Shown one piece after another: positions 14,801 to 26,292 of a DNA stretch of 64,000 nucleotides. The DNA is from Takakia lepidozioides (lineage: Eukaryota; Plantae; Bryophyta). The number at the start of each line of letters is the position of its first letter. Within the stretch, counting starts at the first letter, position 1. The DNA is taken from NCBI GenBank assembly GCA_030704615.1, contig CM060732.1:27900001-27964000 (forward strand), read 5' to 3'. The notes under the pieces are model-generated. The model made no database searches, was not told the DNA's origin, and worked only from the letters and a program-made list of their open reading frames with translations. The translations under genes were made by a program, and so were the position numbers.

Positions 14801-15326
14801 AAAGGAACTTAAATCTCATCGCAAACGCAGACACTGGGCACTACGATAGACGTCACATTCGGAGGAACTGCACTACTTCTTAGTAGTCTTTCCCAAAACA
14901 TCCACTATGGTAGTCCACTTTCACTAGTTCGATACTACCCAGTGCCAGTAATTTTTTCTTTTAGATACTCTGTTCTGAAGCAACACTGAAGACATGGGCT
15001 TGCTAAGCTCGCACTACAAAATTTACGCTTCACAATGTGACAAAAATGTCTGAAACGAAATCTAAGAGTCAATTCCTCCACAGTACTGAAGTTCCGTTCT
15101 AACAAAGTGACACGTAAGGTGCAGATGACTGACTAGTACACACTGTTTGGCAGCTCTCAGTCCAAATTGGCAGAAGTTCCTTGTCTTTTGAGTAGGTACA
15201 TTTATCTTTGTGGGAAAGAGGCTCTTACTTAGATCGGCCTCGACCATAGTCTTCTCTCGTAGTCATCTCTACAACAAAGAGAATCCACCTGCCCAGTGAA
15301 GAAAGGAAAAAGTTACCAGAAGGCAT
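5857..15326 (-). CDS. DCAF4: DDB1- and CUL4-associated factor 4 (WDR21)-like WD40 protein, 13 coding exons, ~549 aa
   Basis: Exons joined by hand at GT-AG sites with consistent phases: 15317-15326, 14132-14244, 13705-13884, 12835-12965, 12340-12570, 11754-11938, 11480-11580, 11170-11364, 10843-10925, 10089-10146, 9816-9936, 6307-6417, 5857-5987 (1650 nt). Translation gives MPSDLPGFYFDPDRNRYFP, VTTLGS, SAVLSQQFD, GFRNGVISTIDLR, DENYLLASAMNG, YEGHCN, GGEDCVVRIWSL and WLGSSSGLYFM, matching DCAF4-family motifs. Confidence 0.88.
6010..6115. mobile_element. 106-bp MITE-like foldback in the last DCAF4 intron
   Basis: Perfect 28-bp inverted repeat AATTAAGGTGTTTTGTCTGCAAGTTGGA (6010-6037 / 6088-6115), with TA/TTAA at both outer ends. 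Confidence 0.7.
6881..9100 (-). mobile_element. RTE/RTEX-like non-LTR retrotransposon, 5'-truncated, frameshifted RT ORF, in DCAF4 intron 12
   Basis: ORFs 8364-9095, 7807-8499, 7784-8071 and 6891-7790 give GPDGI, PGNYRGITLL, FLDVKKAYD, GVAQGCTLSPLLF, FADD, YTYLG and a C-terminal CPLC...HFLIHC finger. Internal deletion at CGRA|GGPDG. Confidence 0.92.
13314..13665 (-). mobile_element. Short 5'-truncated copy of the same LINE with target-site duplication
   Basis: Near-identical to 6884-7236; flanked by AGGTGGGCAGAGAGA at 13302-13316 and 13666-13680. Confidence 0.92.
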
Positions 15327-15619
15327 GGCTGATGTCACGCAAAAACTCAGCAATCGCCTATCTCGAACAGATTCAGTCTGCCACTTGAAGCCACAAAGGT
15401 ACAAAACAAAGCTTGACGCCTCAAAAGAAGGTCGGGCTCAGAACTATAACGAAAATGGCCAAGCTCCTCACCTCTGCAACACTCTAGAAAGGGCATTCTG
15501 AAATCTCATCATAAGAATCCTGCACACTCTCATTCACGAGAGCATGTCCAAAACTCCAAACCCTCGAGCCACCAAGAAACCCTAGGTCGTCTACATGCTA
15601 TTAATTTGTTTTGCAGGAT

Positions 15620-16830
15620 TTTATTTTTTTTAAGGGAAGGGGTATGAGGCCCTGCTCGAACTTTATTTATAATTATTGGAGGGAAAAAAGTTAAAACCCT
15701 CGGTTGCCAAAGGCTGCCATAAGGCATGTCACACATGAGGCTGTGCCAGATAACGAAGAGCTAGTAACTATAACCAGAACAGTAAACAAGACACCATAAG
15801 TCGTGATTAAATCACTAGAAACTCCAAGTGTGGAGAGAGTCCAGCACTCGGCAGAATATCCATACGGGTGGAGTGTAGCATTAAGGTAGTAAGAGTGTAA
15901 TTTAGCAAGTGGGAGGGAAGAGGGTTAGAAGAAGACACCAGCCCTAAGATAGCTTGGCAGAGGTTGGATCAGGGATGCGACGGAACGGGTGACAGCGAGG
16001 GGAATGGTGAAGAAGGAGCAGGTAGGACTGAGAGAGGCTAAGCTTTTGGACTGGATTAGAGCAAAAAAAATAAGAATTCTAACGGTGGAAGTGGAGGCGC
16101 GCTGCTGAGGAGGACCTGATATGCTTCCAGATCTCCGATCTTTCAAACTCTGGGGATGCTGAAGAGCAGGGCTATGTGTCCTTCCCAGTAGAAGGGGATG
16201 CTCTCTGTCCAAATATAGGTGAGATCATAAGTGCAGCGACAAATGATTCCGAGGTGGGCCCAAGTTGTCTGGAAGGCATGGAGTAGTCAGGCTGGCGCTC
16301 AGGTTTCTGGCAGCCTCTGCACACAAAGAAGCCCACTCTTTTTTAGCTGCTACTTTGAGATCAAAGAAGAAGGATTTAAATATGATGAAGTCTCTAAATA
16401 ATGCTTCTGGATAATTCATTTTTGAATTTTGGATAATAGAAATGTGAGCTGTCCTCCTAGGCACTATGGGCCAACTTCCCATGTTCCGGCTGTCGGCCAA
16501 GATTACACTAGATGACAAAAATGACACCCTGCTTCCATGTGTTAATTTTTGCCGGTGGCTAGCAGGCTATCGGTGAGCGCAATACTTGGGAATTTGGCGA
16601 TAGAGTTCATGGCCGATATCGGTAATCGCTTTTGACCTGTTGTACTGGTTACCGTGTCTCTTCTATCTCCTGCGAAGGTCACCTTTGTGCACATTGCTTG
16701 CCGATACCTGCCAAGTGACATGCTCAATTGGTCCGGGCCATGGACAGCGAGGCAGACCTACTACCCAATTGCTTTCGAACCCTATGAAACTATGTGGTCG
16801 AAAATATGTGTTGCTGCATCATACTATGTA
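15620..16830 (-). mobile_element. Degenerate L1-type LINE 3' end
   Basis: Peptide FFFDLKVAAKKEWASLCAEAARN resembles VFWDLQTEARKVWGKLCADIERD at 38035-38244. Ends in TTTTTTCCCTCCAATAATTATAAATAAAGT plus an A-run near 15625, a 3' motif shared with 37560-37620. Confidence 0.55.
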
Positions 16831-16834
16831 CATC

Positions 16835-17353
<519 letters not shown>

Positions 17354-17559
17354 TTATATGTTTGAGGGGGTTGGTATCCTGTGAGCACAACCCACGGTCA
17401 TGGGAGTTTTATGTTTTTAAACCTCGGTCATATGAGTTATATGTTTTCAAACCGGAATGAAACCATAAGCGGGTATAGAGGACTGGTGCATTTATATAGT
17501 ACGTTTGCGCCAATTCAACGAGGCGAGACCATCAGTAGTGTAGCCAAAAACCCTAAACC

Positions 17560-20500
17560 TGTAGTGGTGGTAGTGAATTTCGCACTGAGAAATACTTGGT
17601 GAGATGGGCACAAACCAAGCAGTGGTCACACTGAGGAATACTTGGTGATATAGGCACAAACTAAGCAAGTGGTGGGTTTTGCATTCAAAAATCCCATCAC
17701 CCAAAAATCCTACATCCAAAAGGAATGTGTGGGGGCTTCAAAAGTGACCTATTCCTCCTTTTAGCCACAATGTGATTGCAGGGCCAAAGACCCCCTGGGG
17801 GCACCACCAGTATTTTTACTGCCAGGAAGCGGCAAACTGCCTATATGGCGAAACCATGGAAACCAACCAAAGGTGTGGCTTTTCTTCTCTGATTCCCTTG
17901 AGATTTTACAAGAAGCTATAAGGCATCTAATTATAATTTGTCACCAAGTTTGGGGATTTTTGGAGGTGATGTCAGACGGCATCAAATTATCACGCCGGAG
18001 GCAGTTGCGAAAGGCGATTGAATGGAATTCTAGTTCATCCAATGGATGAAAACTGGAAATTCGACCTGCAAGCTGGAGAGATGAGAAGACAACCTAGCGC
18101 CAACTGGTCATCCATTGGATGGATGAAAAACCAGGTTTATCATTAACACCAAGGTTTTCCATCCATGGTTATTATTTTATGGTGTCCTATCGTTTTTAAA
18201 TTATAGACTCATGTAGGAAATAATAGTTTAAGACTATCCTTCACTAGTTTAAGAGGCCCCAAAAACACAATAAAAGAAGAGCAGGCTCATCTTGTTCTTC
18301 AATCTAGTCTCATTTCCTTGTTTTGGCCTCTTGCTTGTGTAGCTAGTTTTGAGCTTGAGAGAGCTAGATCCTAGAGAGTTGAGCTTGTGGCTCTCTAATA
18401 ATAGAAGCAAACATAGTGAGAGCAGGATAGTCCTAGCTCAAGGCCTTGTGGCCATTTGAGGCAAGAAGTAGAGGAAGCGCTCCATGAAGTGGGAGACTTG
18501 AGGAGTGCCGAAGGAGTGCCGAAGGAGGACCAGATTTGAGTACCATTCTACCAAGCGATTTAATGCATCCCAAGCACCACTTGTTTTAGAGGATGACTTA
18601 CCATATTATCTTGACCTTGGAATACATTTGTTTCATTTGTTGTTCAAGCTTGTTTCAAAGAAAAGACCTTATAGCATTGCTTGCTAAAAATCTATAAAAA
18701 CTAACCTTCTTTCAAGAGGATGTGTGTGCATCTCTATGTACATGTGTGAAGAGCACATGTGCGAAGCCCCAGAAGACAGGGCCTTGGGAATCTAACCCAA
18801 TTACGTCTTGGAAGTGAGGGTAGATGTCCATTATTATGTTTAAGGAGAGGGCGAGCTTGCATGAAGTGGCGAAGCTCTTGTCAAATTTCCATTTCTAGCT
18901 TAGTGGCAACGGCCATATTACATGAGATGGCGAAGCTATCGCCAAAATTTCCATATTATTAAGTTCATATCTATGTTCATAAGCCCTCTGGGCATAGAGG
19001 ACCATGGGAGGCAGTGTTAACTAGCTTTATAAGTGGTTAAGCTATTTTGTAGAGAGCTGCCAAAAAAAGCAGAGCTCAGCACTAAAGTGCCGGCGCCTTA
19101 GGCGCCTCTGGGCTGGAGGTCAACCAAGGAGGTTGCCTAGAATCGCCATAGAAAGGCGTATCTAACACGGGTGGCGCGGCCTTCCCCCGTGGGGGGAGTT
19201 GACCCCTGGAGCAAAGTACGGGTTGCTGGTACACTGCGTGGCAGCACCAGACGCCATAGTTGGGCCCGCGCAGGTACGACACGGGCGACAGAGACGACGG
19301 AGCCTGCTATTACCCACTGGACCCGCGCCGACGGCGGGCCAGTTACGTCGCACCACGTAGCGCTGGCCGCGGGGTATCGGTTTTAACCGCTGGATATTAC
19401 GACTGACCCCGCCAGGGATTGTTGGTTCCTGGGACGGGTATTTTAAGGGGGTTTTTCTCCTTATGCCTTTGATTTCTTGTGCATTATTCATGGTGTTCTT
19501 CTTGCATGGGAATGAGGGCGTGTTTTTAGCAAAAGATAAGAAATGGTTGGAACCATTGGATAGGCCCATTGAGACCATCAGTTTGATATGTATTCCGGGG
19601 CTTGTGAAAGCACGGCTCACGGGTGGATACCACAGGCAGAGAGAGAGAGCCCAGAGACAGGGAGGAGAGAATCCCTGGTAGGGGTTTCACAAGGTAGAAG
19701 ATGACATGTTCCAACTTCGTTCTAGGCTGGTTGCTTGCATAAATTAATCAGATTATATTGGAAGTAGGTGGAAGAGGCGGAGAAAATGGATCGTACGACC
19801 CACTGAGTGTTTAATCATTGTTTACACACCAGGGTGGCGATCAGATGAGAAACTAATGGGCAGCAGATTTCATTCATCCTGGCCCGGTGATTGTTTAAGT
19901 TGCTAATGCGTTATTGATTGGTTTGATATAGGAATTTAGGGGCACTCCCAAGTGGAGAGCGGTTCCCCAATGCTCCCGAAATAAAGGGCGTTCCCCTGAT
20001 ACCTTGAGGGTAATTTAGTTAGCTTCAGCATCCTACAATGATTCTCTATTTCTACGAATTTCATGCATTTGTAGGAAGGTTTTAATGATTTGTTCTTTAT
20101 TATTCAGCAGGGTAATTCGCCTTTAATAAGGGGTTTTATCCGGACCCCCTTTACTTTAAAACGGATGTTTTAAGGGAGGTATTGCCCCCTTCCGCTGAGG
20201 ATACTTGAGGTCAAGTACCCGGCCGCTGGGGGCCCTCGGGCCAAGGAACGGCCATTGTTTTATTAGATCTCGGGAATTATCTAGAGGTTTGAATTGTTAT
20301 CATTCACCCGATGGACTGACCATTGAGGTTGACGCTCTAAACAGGGGAGACTGACTTGGGAAAGCGGATCCGGTCCCTTCCTAGGAAGTAGGAAACTAAT
20401 CCACCTCGGGATTTAGGGGGGGGCATTGGACGGGAGATAGATGATCCCCGTCTCCCTGGGCTCGGGATTCGTTTTGTGAAGGGATTTGGAGGGTCGTCCC

Positions 20501-20960
20501 GGCTATAAGCGTGTTGGGAGTCCAGACATGTATGAAGTAGTAATAAACAAAGACTTGGAAGGCAATTACGATTAAAGACGTAGAAAACCCATAAACAAAA
20601 CGTAGGACTAGGAAACGCAAATCACCCTGTGAAATGGAGTTATTAAGCTTTGCTTTGCCGGTAGGAAGTTAGACTGTTTAGATCCGTCCATAGCTGCCAC
20701 GGGCCCCTGCACTTACCGCAGTCGGGTAGGCGGTTCGTTGAGCCCAACCTACACCCCAACTTGTCACGACCCCCTAGGCTAGTATGTCGTCACCTTGGCC
20801 ACGCGCGACCAGGGTTCGTCACTGGGTTAGGGTATTTGTTTTTCTTTATGGTGTTGGGTTTTGGATTGGCAGTTTTGGTTGTGGGTCTTGGGGTTGAAAG
20901 GATAAACGGTGTAATTAGGATTCACATACCTAAAATGTGGTTCAATCTGATAAGTGCAAA
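17560..20960. mobile_element. Probable LTR-retroelement debris (LTR/UTR pieces)
   Basis: Local duplications (17583-17670), GATGAA/TTCATC repeats also seen at 24950-25130, and TGTCACGACCCC at 20762 (reverse of a typical LTR end GGGGTCGTGACA). No recognisable protein. Confidence 0.35.
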
Positions 20961-21114
20961 GCGCTGGGTCTCAATAAATTTTTCCATAGACTTGCAACTC
21001 CTCCACGAGGACCACTCACCGACCACTCGAAGCGTGCAACATAGTCGCCACCAACTATTACTTCGAATTGGAAATGCGGCACAGCATTTCCATATCCGTC
21101 ATTGAAATTTCGTA

Positions 21115-23940
21115 TTGGACAATGGAATGCGGCAGTGCCGTACAAAAACCTCCAATATTCACAACAACGACAACGTCATATTCAGGCGAACAGTCTGTAA
21201 TGGGCACCTGAAATGCGAGAACATGAAATGCAGACACTTCGCATTGTCAGGTGTGCAAAACCAAAGCGAATGGGATGGTGTCAGTGAGAATCCATTCAAG
21301 CCTGGGGTGACACCACCATACAGTAACACTTTTGTGTGCAAGTTCTGTAGGGTACCACCTTGCTGCCTTGCTTTGTGTGGCGCCAGAATGTATTATGTGA
21401 TGCATCGATTCAAAACCCTGACTAGAGCCTGTGTCCATTTCGGTTTTCACAACCACCCTGTGTCCAAGGGGGATTATAGGGAGAGCGTTGACACAGTCTC
21501 ACGTCTGATAAGGCAAGAGTTGGATACCAATCCAACTGGAACCACATCTGCAATTGCCATGGGGGCGAGCAAGTCCTTTCTGGAAAGCCGTATTCTATGT
21601 GCATCAAATTCGGTTGGAGGAATACTGGAGGGATCGGCTTTGGACACTGTTATGGACCATTTCTCAACTTTGACTTCTCCAAACATTAGGAATCAGGTGA
21701 ACGCTTTAAGAATGGGCTCTGGGAGCCGAGGTTATATGGACAATATTATGGATTTGAAGAAAATGAGCATGTATGACTACATCCAAGACAGCGTTTTCCC
21801 GGGACAAGGAGCCAGGAAAGTGTTCTTGTTCAAAATGTCCACAAAAGGTGAGGGCAGCGGGGTCAGCTTGGTTAAACGTATGCAGAAGGGTGGCGATCTT
21901 GGCAACTGCTTCCTTATGTTCGATCATGTCAAGAGGGTTAAAGACTGGACCACAATGGCATGTCATGTTTACGACCCTCTGTACCAGCGGGTCATGACAA
22001 TTGCAGTATGTGACATGCAGTCAGAGGACACAGATTCACAACAGCTCATGTGGGAAGCTCTCATTCGAGTTATGGCCTCCAATGGTCTCCCATCTCCCAA
22101 TTTCGTTGGTTTCATGGCCGATAGTGCTCAAGCTAACTTCAACGCTGTCCGCATTGTGTTCGGGACGAGAGACCCAAAAGTGCCAATGCCTGGAAGAGAA
22201 CGTACGTGTCTTTTCCATTGGACACAATCCCTGGACAAACACACAAAGACATACATCAAGCCAGATATGCAGACTATGCATCGTCAACTGTGCAAACAGT
22301 ACAAAGACGCCAAAACTATGGGGGAAGTGAATACATTGTTCCAGACAATTCGTGCCTGGTGGTACTCATCTAGAGTGGCATCGGAGGACAGCATGAGGGC
22401 ACTGCAAGACTGGTTCGCATTTTGGCACTTCCGTTACCGACAGTGGGGAGCGGCCATGACAACGGTGAGTGGTTTGCATTCACCTTCGTTTGGGTGCTTC
22501 GGATATATCTTTCAGGGTCCAATCCTAATATCGGCTTTCTGTTTTTTTGCCTTGCAGCATATGTCCATTGAGGAGATGGCGGACATGCCTTCTTGCAATC
22601 TTGCGGAGACAGTGCACAATGCCTGGTTGCAGCAATCCGGCAAAAAATGGAGAGATTTGTATGCGGCGACGGCCGATGACCTCATTCGTGCTCTGCAGCA
22701 GCAAACCAGATACAGGTCATTCTTGAGGGGTGGCCTTGGTGGCAAAGGTCCGGACAGGAGCGAGTTGATGTTGCGAGCAGCTGGAAGATCAGGGGATCCT
22801 AGCAAAATAGCGCGGGCAGTGAGCATATGTGCAGATGGCACCCCTCTCGTGGGAAGAGTTCCCCATCTGGAAGGCGAAGAGAGATTCGGGTCTTGCAAAC
22901 GGAAATTGGACACCCCTCCGGGATCGGATGCAGATTCCCATAGGGCGGACAGGGTGAACTTCTCGACGCCACGTGTTCCCTTGGATCAGAGATGGAATTG
23001 CAGAACATCCACAGGTGAGGGCTACTCTGCCCCAGACCGGACCCCTGCATCAAGCATTGTCACTGCAATGGTTGAAGACCAGAACGTGGTGCCGCATATA
23101 ATCGAGTCCATGGGCTTGGACGAGGTTTGGCATATAGAACGCACAAGTGCTGGATCGCGTGTGAAATGCGTGGTGATCAGGGCCACCAATCATGAAAAAT
23201 GTACATCATTAATATCCAGAGGGAAAGAACGCACTGCAACTCCTACATTCACGTGTTTGTTTCTCCCTTGCGGACAAGGCGAGGCAAAGAACCACAAGTT
23301 CTGGTTCTGCGCTGACAATTGTGGAAGATGTGTGCATGGTACAGTGAGGCCTTCCGTGGTAAGGAAGCCTACTCCACCAACCGTGTGGCCTGTGAAGATG
23401 GGCACAGGTCTCACTCACCGAGAGATCGCAATGCTGGAAGAGGCGGGTTTCTCCCTAGCCAGACATTCCATTGCACGTGAAGGTGCTTCAAGTGGAAGCG
23501 GTTCACGGGTACCTCCGCCTGACGCTCACTTGTGGCCAACCAGACGGAATGGGAAGCTGGTTCGACGATTCCCTCCAACCGCAGAACACTACGGCAAAAT
23601 TGAGTCCGCCAGAATGCTTCACGCTCGTGTTGCGGGAACAATGGAAGTGCCTGATCCAGGGTATGGTCGGGTCTTCACCATGATCTCATCCGCATCTGCG
23701 CTGCAGGACAGGACGTACGAAATCACTGTTTCCAATTTTCCCAATTGTACATGTCCTGATTTTGTTGGTATGCTTTCAAGTAGTTTGGGAAAGAGAGGGA
23801 AGTTCATACCGTGCAAACACCTTTACTTCGTCTTCTTGAGAAGGATGGTTTGTGATCCAAAGCGCGACTTCTTCATTCACCAAGCCACTATGAGTTTCAA
23901 CGAAGTCAACACACTTCTACAGCGGGATACAAGCCCATAA
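21115..23940 (+). CDS. Mutator-like transposase copy 1: GCM/WRKY-type Zn domain + DDE core + Cys-rich domain + SWIM; N-terminus deleted
   Basis: CNGHLKCENMKC..CKFC..C..GFHNHP; FLMFDH, FMADSAQANFNAV, CLFHWTQ (C/DxxH), NLAETVH; CTCPDF..CKHLYFV. A 93-nt GT-AG intron at 22465-22557 reads through in frame. Homology to copy 3 begins only at CRTKT. Confidence 0.85.
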   Translation: MDNGMRQCRTKTSNIHNNDNVIFRRTVCNGHLKCENMKCRHFALSGVQNQSEWDGVSENPFKPGVTPPYSNTFVCKFCRVPPCCLALCGARMYYVMHRFKTLTRACVHFGFHNHPVSKGDYRESVDTVSRLIRQELDTNPTGTTSAIAMGASKSFLESRILCASNSVGGILEGSALDTVMDHFSTLTSPNIRNQVNALRMGSGSRGYMDNIMDLKKMSMYDYIQDSVFPGQGARKVFLFKMSTKGEGSGVSLVKRMQKGGDLGNCFLMFDHVKRVKDWTTMACHVYDPLYQRVMTIAVCDMQSEDTDSQQLMWEALIRVMASNGLPSPNFVGFMADSAQANFNAVRIVFGTRDPKVPMPGRERTCLFHWTQSLDKHTKTYIKPDMQTMHRQLCKQYKDAKTMGEVNTLFQTIRAWWYSSRVASEDSMRALQDWFAFWHFRYRQWGAAMTTVSGLHSPSFGCFGYIFQGPILISAFCFFALQHMSIEEMADMPSCNLAETVHNAWLQQSGKKWRDLYAATADDLIRALQQQTRYRSFLRGGLGGKGPDRSELMLRAAGRSGDPSKIARAVSICADGTPLVGRVPHLEGEERFGSCKRKLDTPPGSDADSHRADRVNFSTPRVPLDQRWNCRTSTGEGYSAPDRTPASSIVTAMVEDQNVVPHIIESMGLDEVWHIERTSAGSRVKCVVIRATNHEKCTSLISRGKERTATPTFTCLFLPCGQGEAKNHKFWFCADNCGRCVHGTVRPSVVRKPTPPTVWPVKMGTGLTHREIAMLEEAGFSLARHSIAREGASSGSGSRVPPPDAHLWPTRRNGKLVRRFPPTAEHYGKIESARMLHARVAGTMEVPDPGYGRVFTMISSASALQDRTYEITVSNFPNCTCPDFVGMLSSSLGKRGKFIPCKHLYFVFLRRMVCDPKRDFFIHQATMSFNEVNTLLQRDTSP

Positions 23941-24122
23941 AAATCTGTGTTTTCCTTGACTACAACTTGTAATGGAATGACTGTTCAAGTCCAGTGTCTC
24001 TCAATGTATGTCGTCTAACATCTTTGCTATGCGTGGGTCAATGCATTTGTCGCATTGGTTTGTCATTCTCTTTTCATTAGCAAACACAAGAAACTACCTT
24101 CAGATAGACAGATGATCAAATC

Positions 24123-24354
24123 AACCTCGTCTCAACACGAGGTTTACTTGAAGTTCTCCAAATCCTTCTTGTGTTGACACAAGGTTGATTTTAGTTCTCA
24201 GAAAACAACATCATGTCAACACGAAGTTCATTTTTGTTCCAGGAAAACAACCTCGTGTTAACACGAGGTTTTGTTGAAGTTCTCCAAATCCCCCTTGTGT
24301 CGACACGAGGTTCATTTCAGTTCTACGAAATGAAGCTCCTGTTAACAGAAGGTT
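24123..24354. repeat. Six 22-bp palindromes (AACCTCGTGTTAACACGAGGTT) at exact 42-bp period
   Basis: Unit starts 24123, 24165, 24207, 24249, 24291, 24333; the copy at 24249 is a perfect palindrome; 126-bp higher-order duplication. Confidence 0.9.
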
Positions 24355-24420
24355 GAACTCCAGGAAAGCCCAAAACCCTTCATCCGTTTCACCTTCATGT
24401 GGTGAAATCAGCAGTTGGGG

Positions 24421-24588
24421 GCTCCACGGTTATAGGCCCACCTTCTTTGTGGTGACATGGCATGACCTGGACCAGGCTCACGCCACATCAGCATCAGCGC
24501 CATGTCAGCAGCGTGAGCGTAGGCTCACGCCACGTCATCATTGTGTGAGCGTACGCTCACGCGCTAGGCTCACGCGGTAGCGTCGTTG
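24421..24588 (+). mobile_element. Right terminus of Mutator-like element 1
   Basis: Similar to 36635-36860 (CCACGGTTATAGG, GCCACRTCA repeats, GTGAGCGTACGCTC palindrome). Both end in GCGTCGTTG, after which similarity stops. Confidence 0.7.
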
Positions 24589-24830
24589 CACAATAATGAG
24601 CACCAGCACCTGGAGAATGAGAGCCTGGTAATGATGTTGAAGCCCGGTGCGAAGAGAAAGATGCAGGATCACTGGGAGAGACCCTACCTTATGGTGGAGT
24701 ATAAGAATGATGCAAAGGTACAGGGGAGTGAGGGAGGACGACGATGCGTGCTGCAGGATGGGGCAGGCAAGCGATGGACTCAGCCACGAAGGGAGCTGAA
24801 GGGAGTGTGCACGATGAAGACTTCAGCGCA
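24589..24830 (+). mobile_element. Remnant of gypsy integrase C-terminus
   Basis: SLVMMLKPGAKRKMQDHWERPYLMV...RCVLQDGAGKRW resembles the GPY/F module; it begins right after the element-1 terminus. Confidence 0.5.
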
Positions 24831-25336
24831 CATTGAGGATGCCCCCGAGGACGGAGACAGCCAAACGGAGTGCACCATAGCTGTGGGTAAAAGGCGTGTG
24901 TCGGACATGGATTCGGTCGGGATACTTGTCGGGTGATGGGGCTGGATGAATGGCCAGGAGATGAAGATGCAAGGAAACAGTTCATCCAAACTAAATCCAG
25001 GATGAATGACCAACGAAGAAAAGGGGTAGAAATCTGTTCATTGGGTAGATTCATGGGGAGTGATTGATGGAAAAGGGATGAACTGGTAAAATTGGATGAA
25101 CTGGTTAAAGTTCATCCAATTAGTGACAAACTGGTAGTTGACAGATTATTATAACAAAACAGCAGCTAAACTAAGGCCTTTGTCGTATGCATGCAGCTTG
25201 AAAGGGGGAGTAATACCCGCAAGTTTGCATTAAGACCTTAGAGAGAAGTTTACATGACACCAGCATGACAAATTTATGAAGTAGGCAGTGCACCGTCCGG
25301 TGGAAGGGTGGCTGCTTTTCAGTCCTTGCTTCTAGC

Positions 25337-25819
25337 TTTATCTTCCTACCCGTTGTTCTAACCGTTTCCCTCACTAACCGTCGTCCGTGAACTAACATGT
25401 TCCATTCGCAGGTGTTGTTCCCCACAGTCGTTCCCTGTCCGGCTATCCGTTCCCTATGGTCGTGACAGCTGTGTCAAGCTGTGACTGGCTGTGTGAAACT
25501 GTGATGGGCTGTGACGGGCTGTGTTGGCTGTGATGGGCTGTGTCGGCTGTGACGAGCTGTGTTGACTGTGTCTGGTTGTGTCGGTTGTGTCGGCTGTGTT
25601 GGCTGTGACGGGCTGTGTCTGTCCAAAAACATTGTCGATCACACCTCGGAACTGTGTGCACCAACGCACTCAGTTTCCAAGCTGTGACGGGCTGTGTCAC
25701 CCCCCCCTAAAGTGCGCTGCTGTCACCCCTAAGGCTCCTGTTGGTCTCAGTCTGTGCAAAAATTAAGGGTACCCCACAGATCCCGTATAAGTGTCTAAGT
25801 CCCAGACAGTCCTCTAACA
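25337..25819 (-). mobile_element. Partial/solo LTR related to the 53011/59579 LTRs
   Basis: Reverse complement starts TGTTAGAGGACTGTCTGGGACTTAGACAC at 25819 and matches ~480 bp including the CACAGCC repeats, then diverges. No PPT upstream. Confidence 0.85.
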
Positions 25820-25934
25820 TTGGTGAATCCCGATAGCACGGAGCTCTCACAGGTGGCTGGGTTGCCTGCGTGGCCTGATGCTGCGAGATGGCAATCTCCT
25901 CCTGTAGACGCATCTGCTTCCTCCCCTTCGGCAT
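25820..25934 (-). pseudogene. Start of a divergent second ORF next to transposase copy 2, cut by the LTR
   Basis: ATG at 25934 (MPKGRKQMRLQEEIAISQHQ...), CT-rich leader upstream, interrupted exactly at the LTR edge (25819). Confidence 0.35.
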
Positions 25935-26292
25935 TGGCCTACGTCCGAAGTACAATTTTCGGAGCTTGCGACGATGTCTCTTCTCTGGTGCACGCACTCC
26001 CTCCCTCTCAGGTTCGAGCATAAGAAGAACAGAGACAGGGAAAAGGGGCGAAGAGTGCAAATGGAAAGGGCACGAGAGGGGTGACTGAGGAGACACGACA
26101 AAAGCAGATGAAACGACGGTGATGCAGCACTTGGGTTCGAAAGGGTTGGAGGAAAGTGTCTCCTCGTGGACTTTGCGTCATTACGAAATTCGAATCGTTC
26201 AAGATACGCCTGCCGTCCGAAAAACAAACATCATTATCCAACGGTCAGGCCGCACCGCCTCATGCAACTTTAGTCAGATAGAGTGCAGACAT

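Noticed and set aside
21115-23940. Intact autonomous 941-aa transposase
   Set aside because: The start is a deletion junction with the array remnant, and the ORF includes a 93-nt intron; the true N-terminus is missing.
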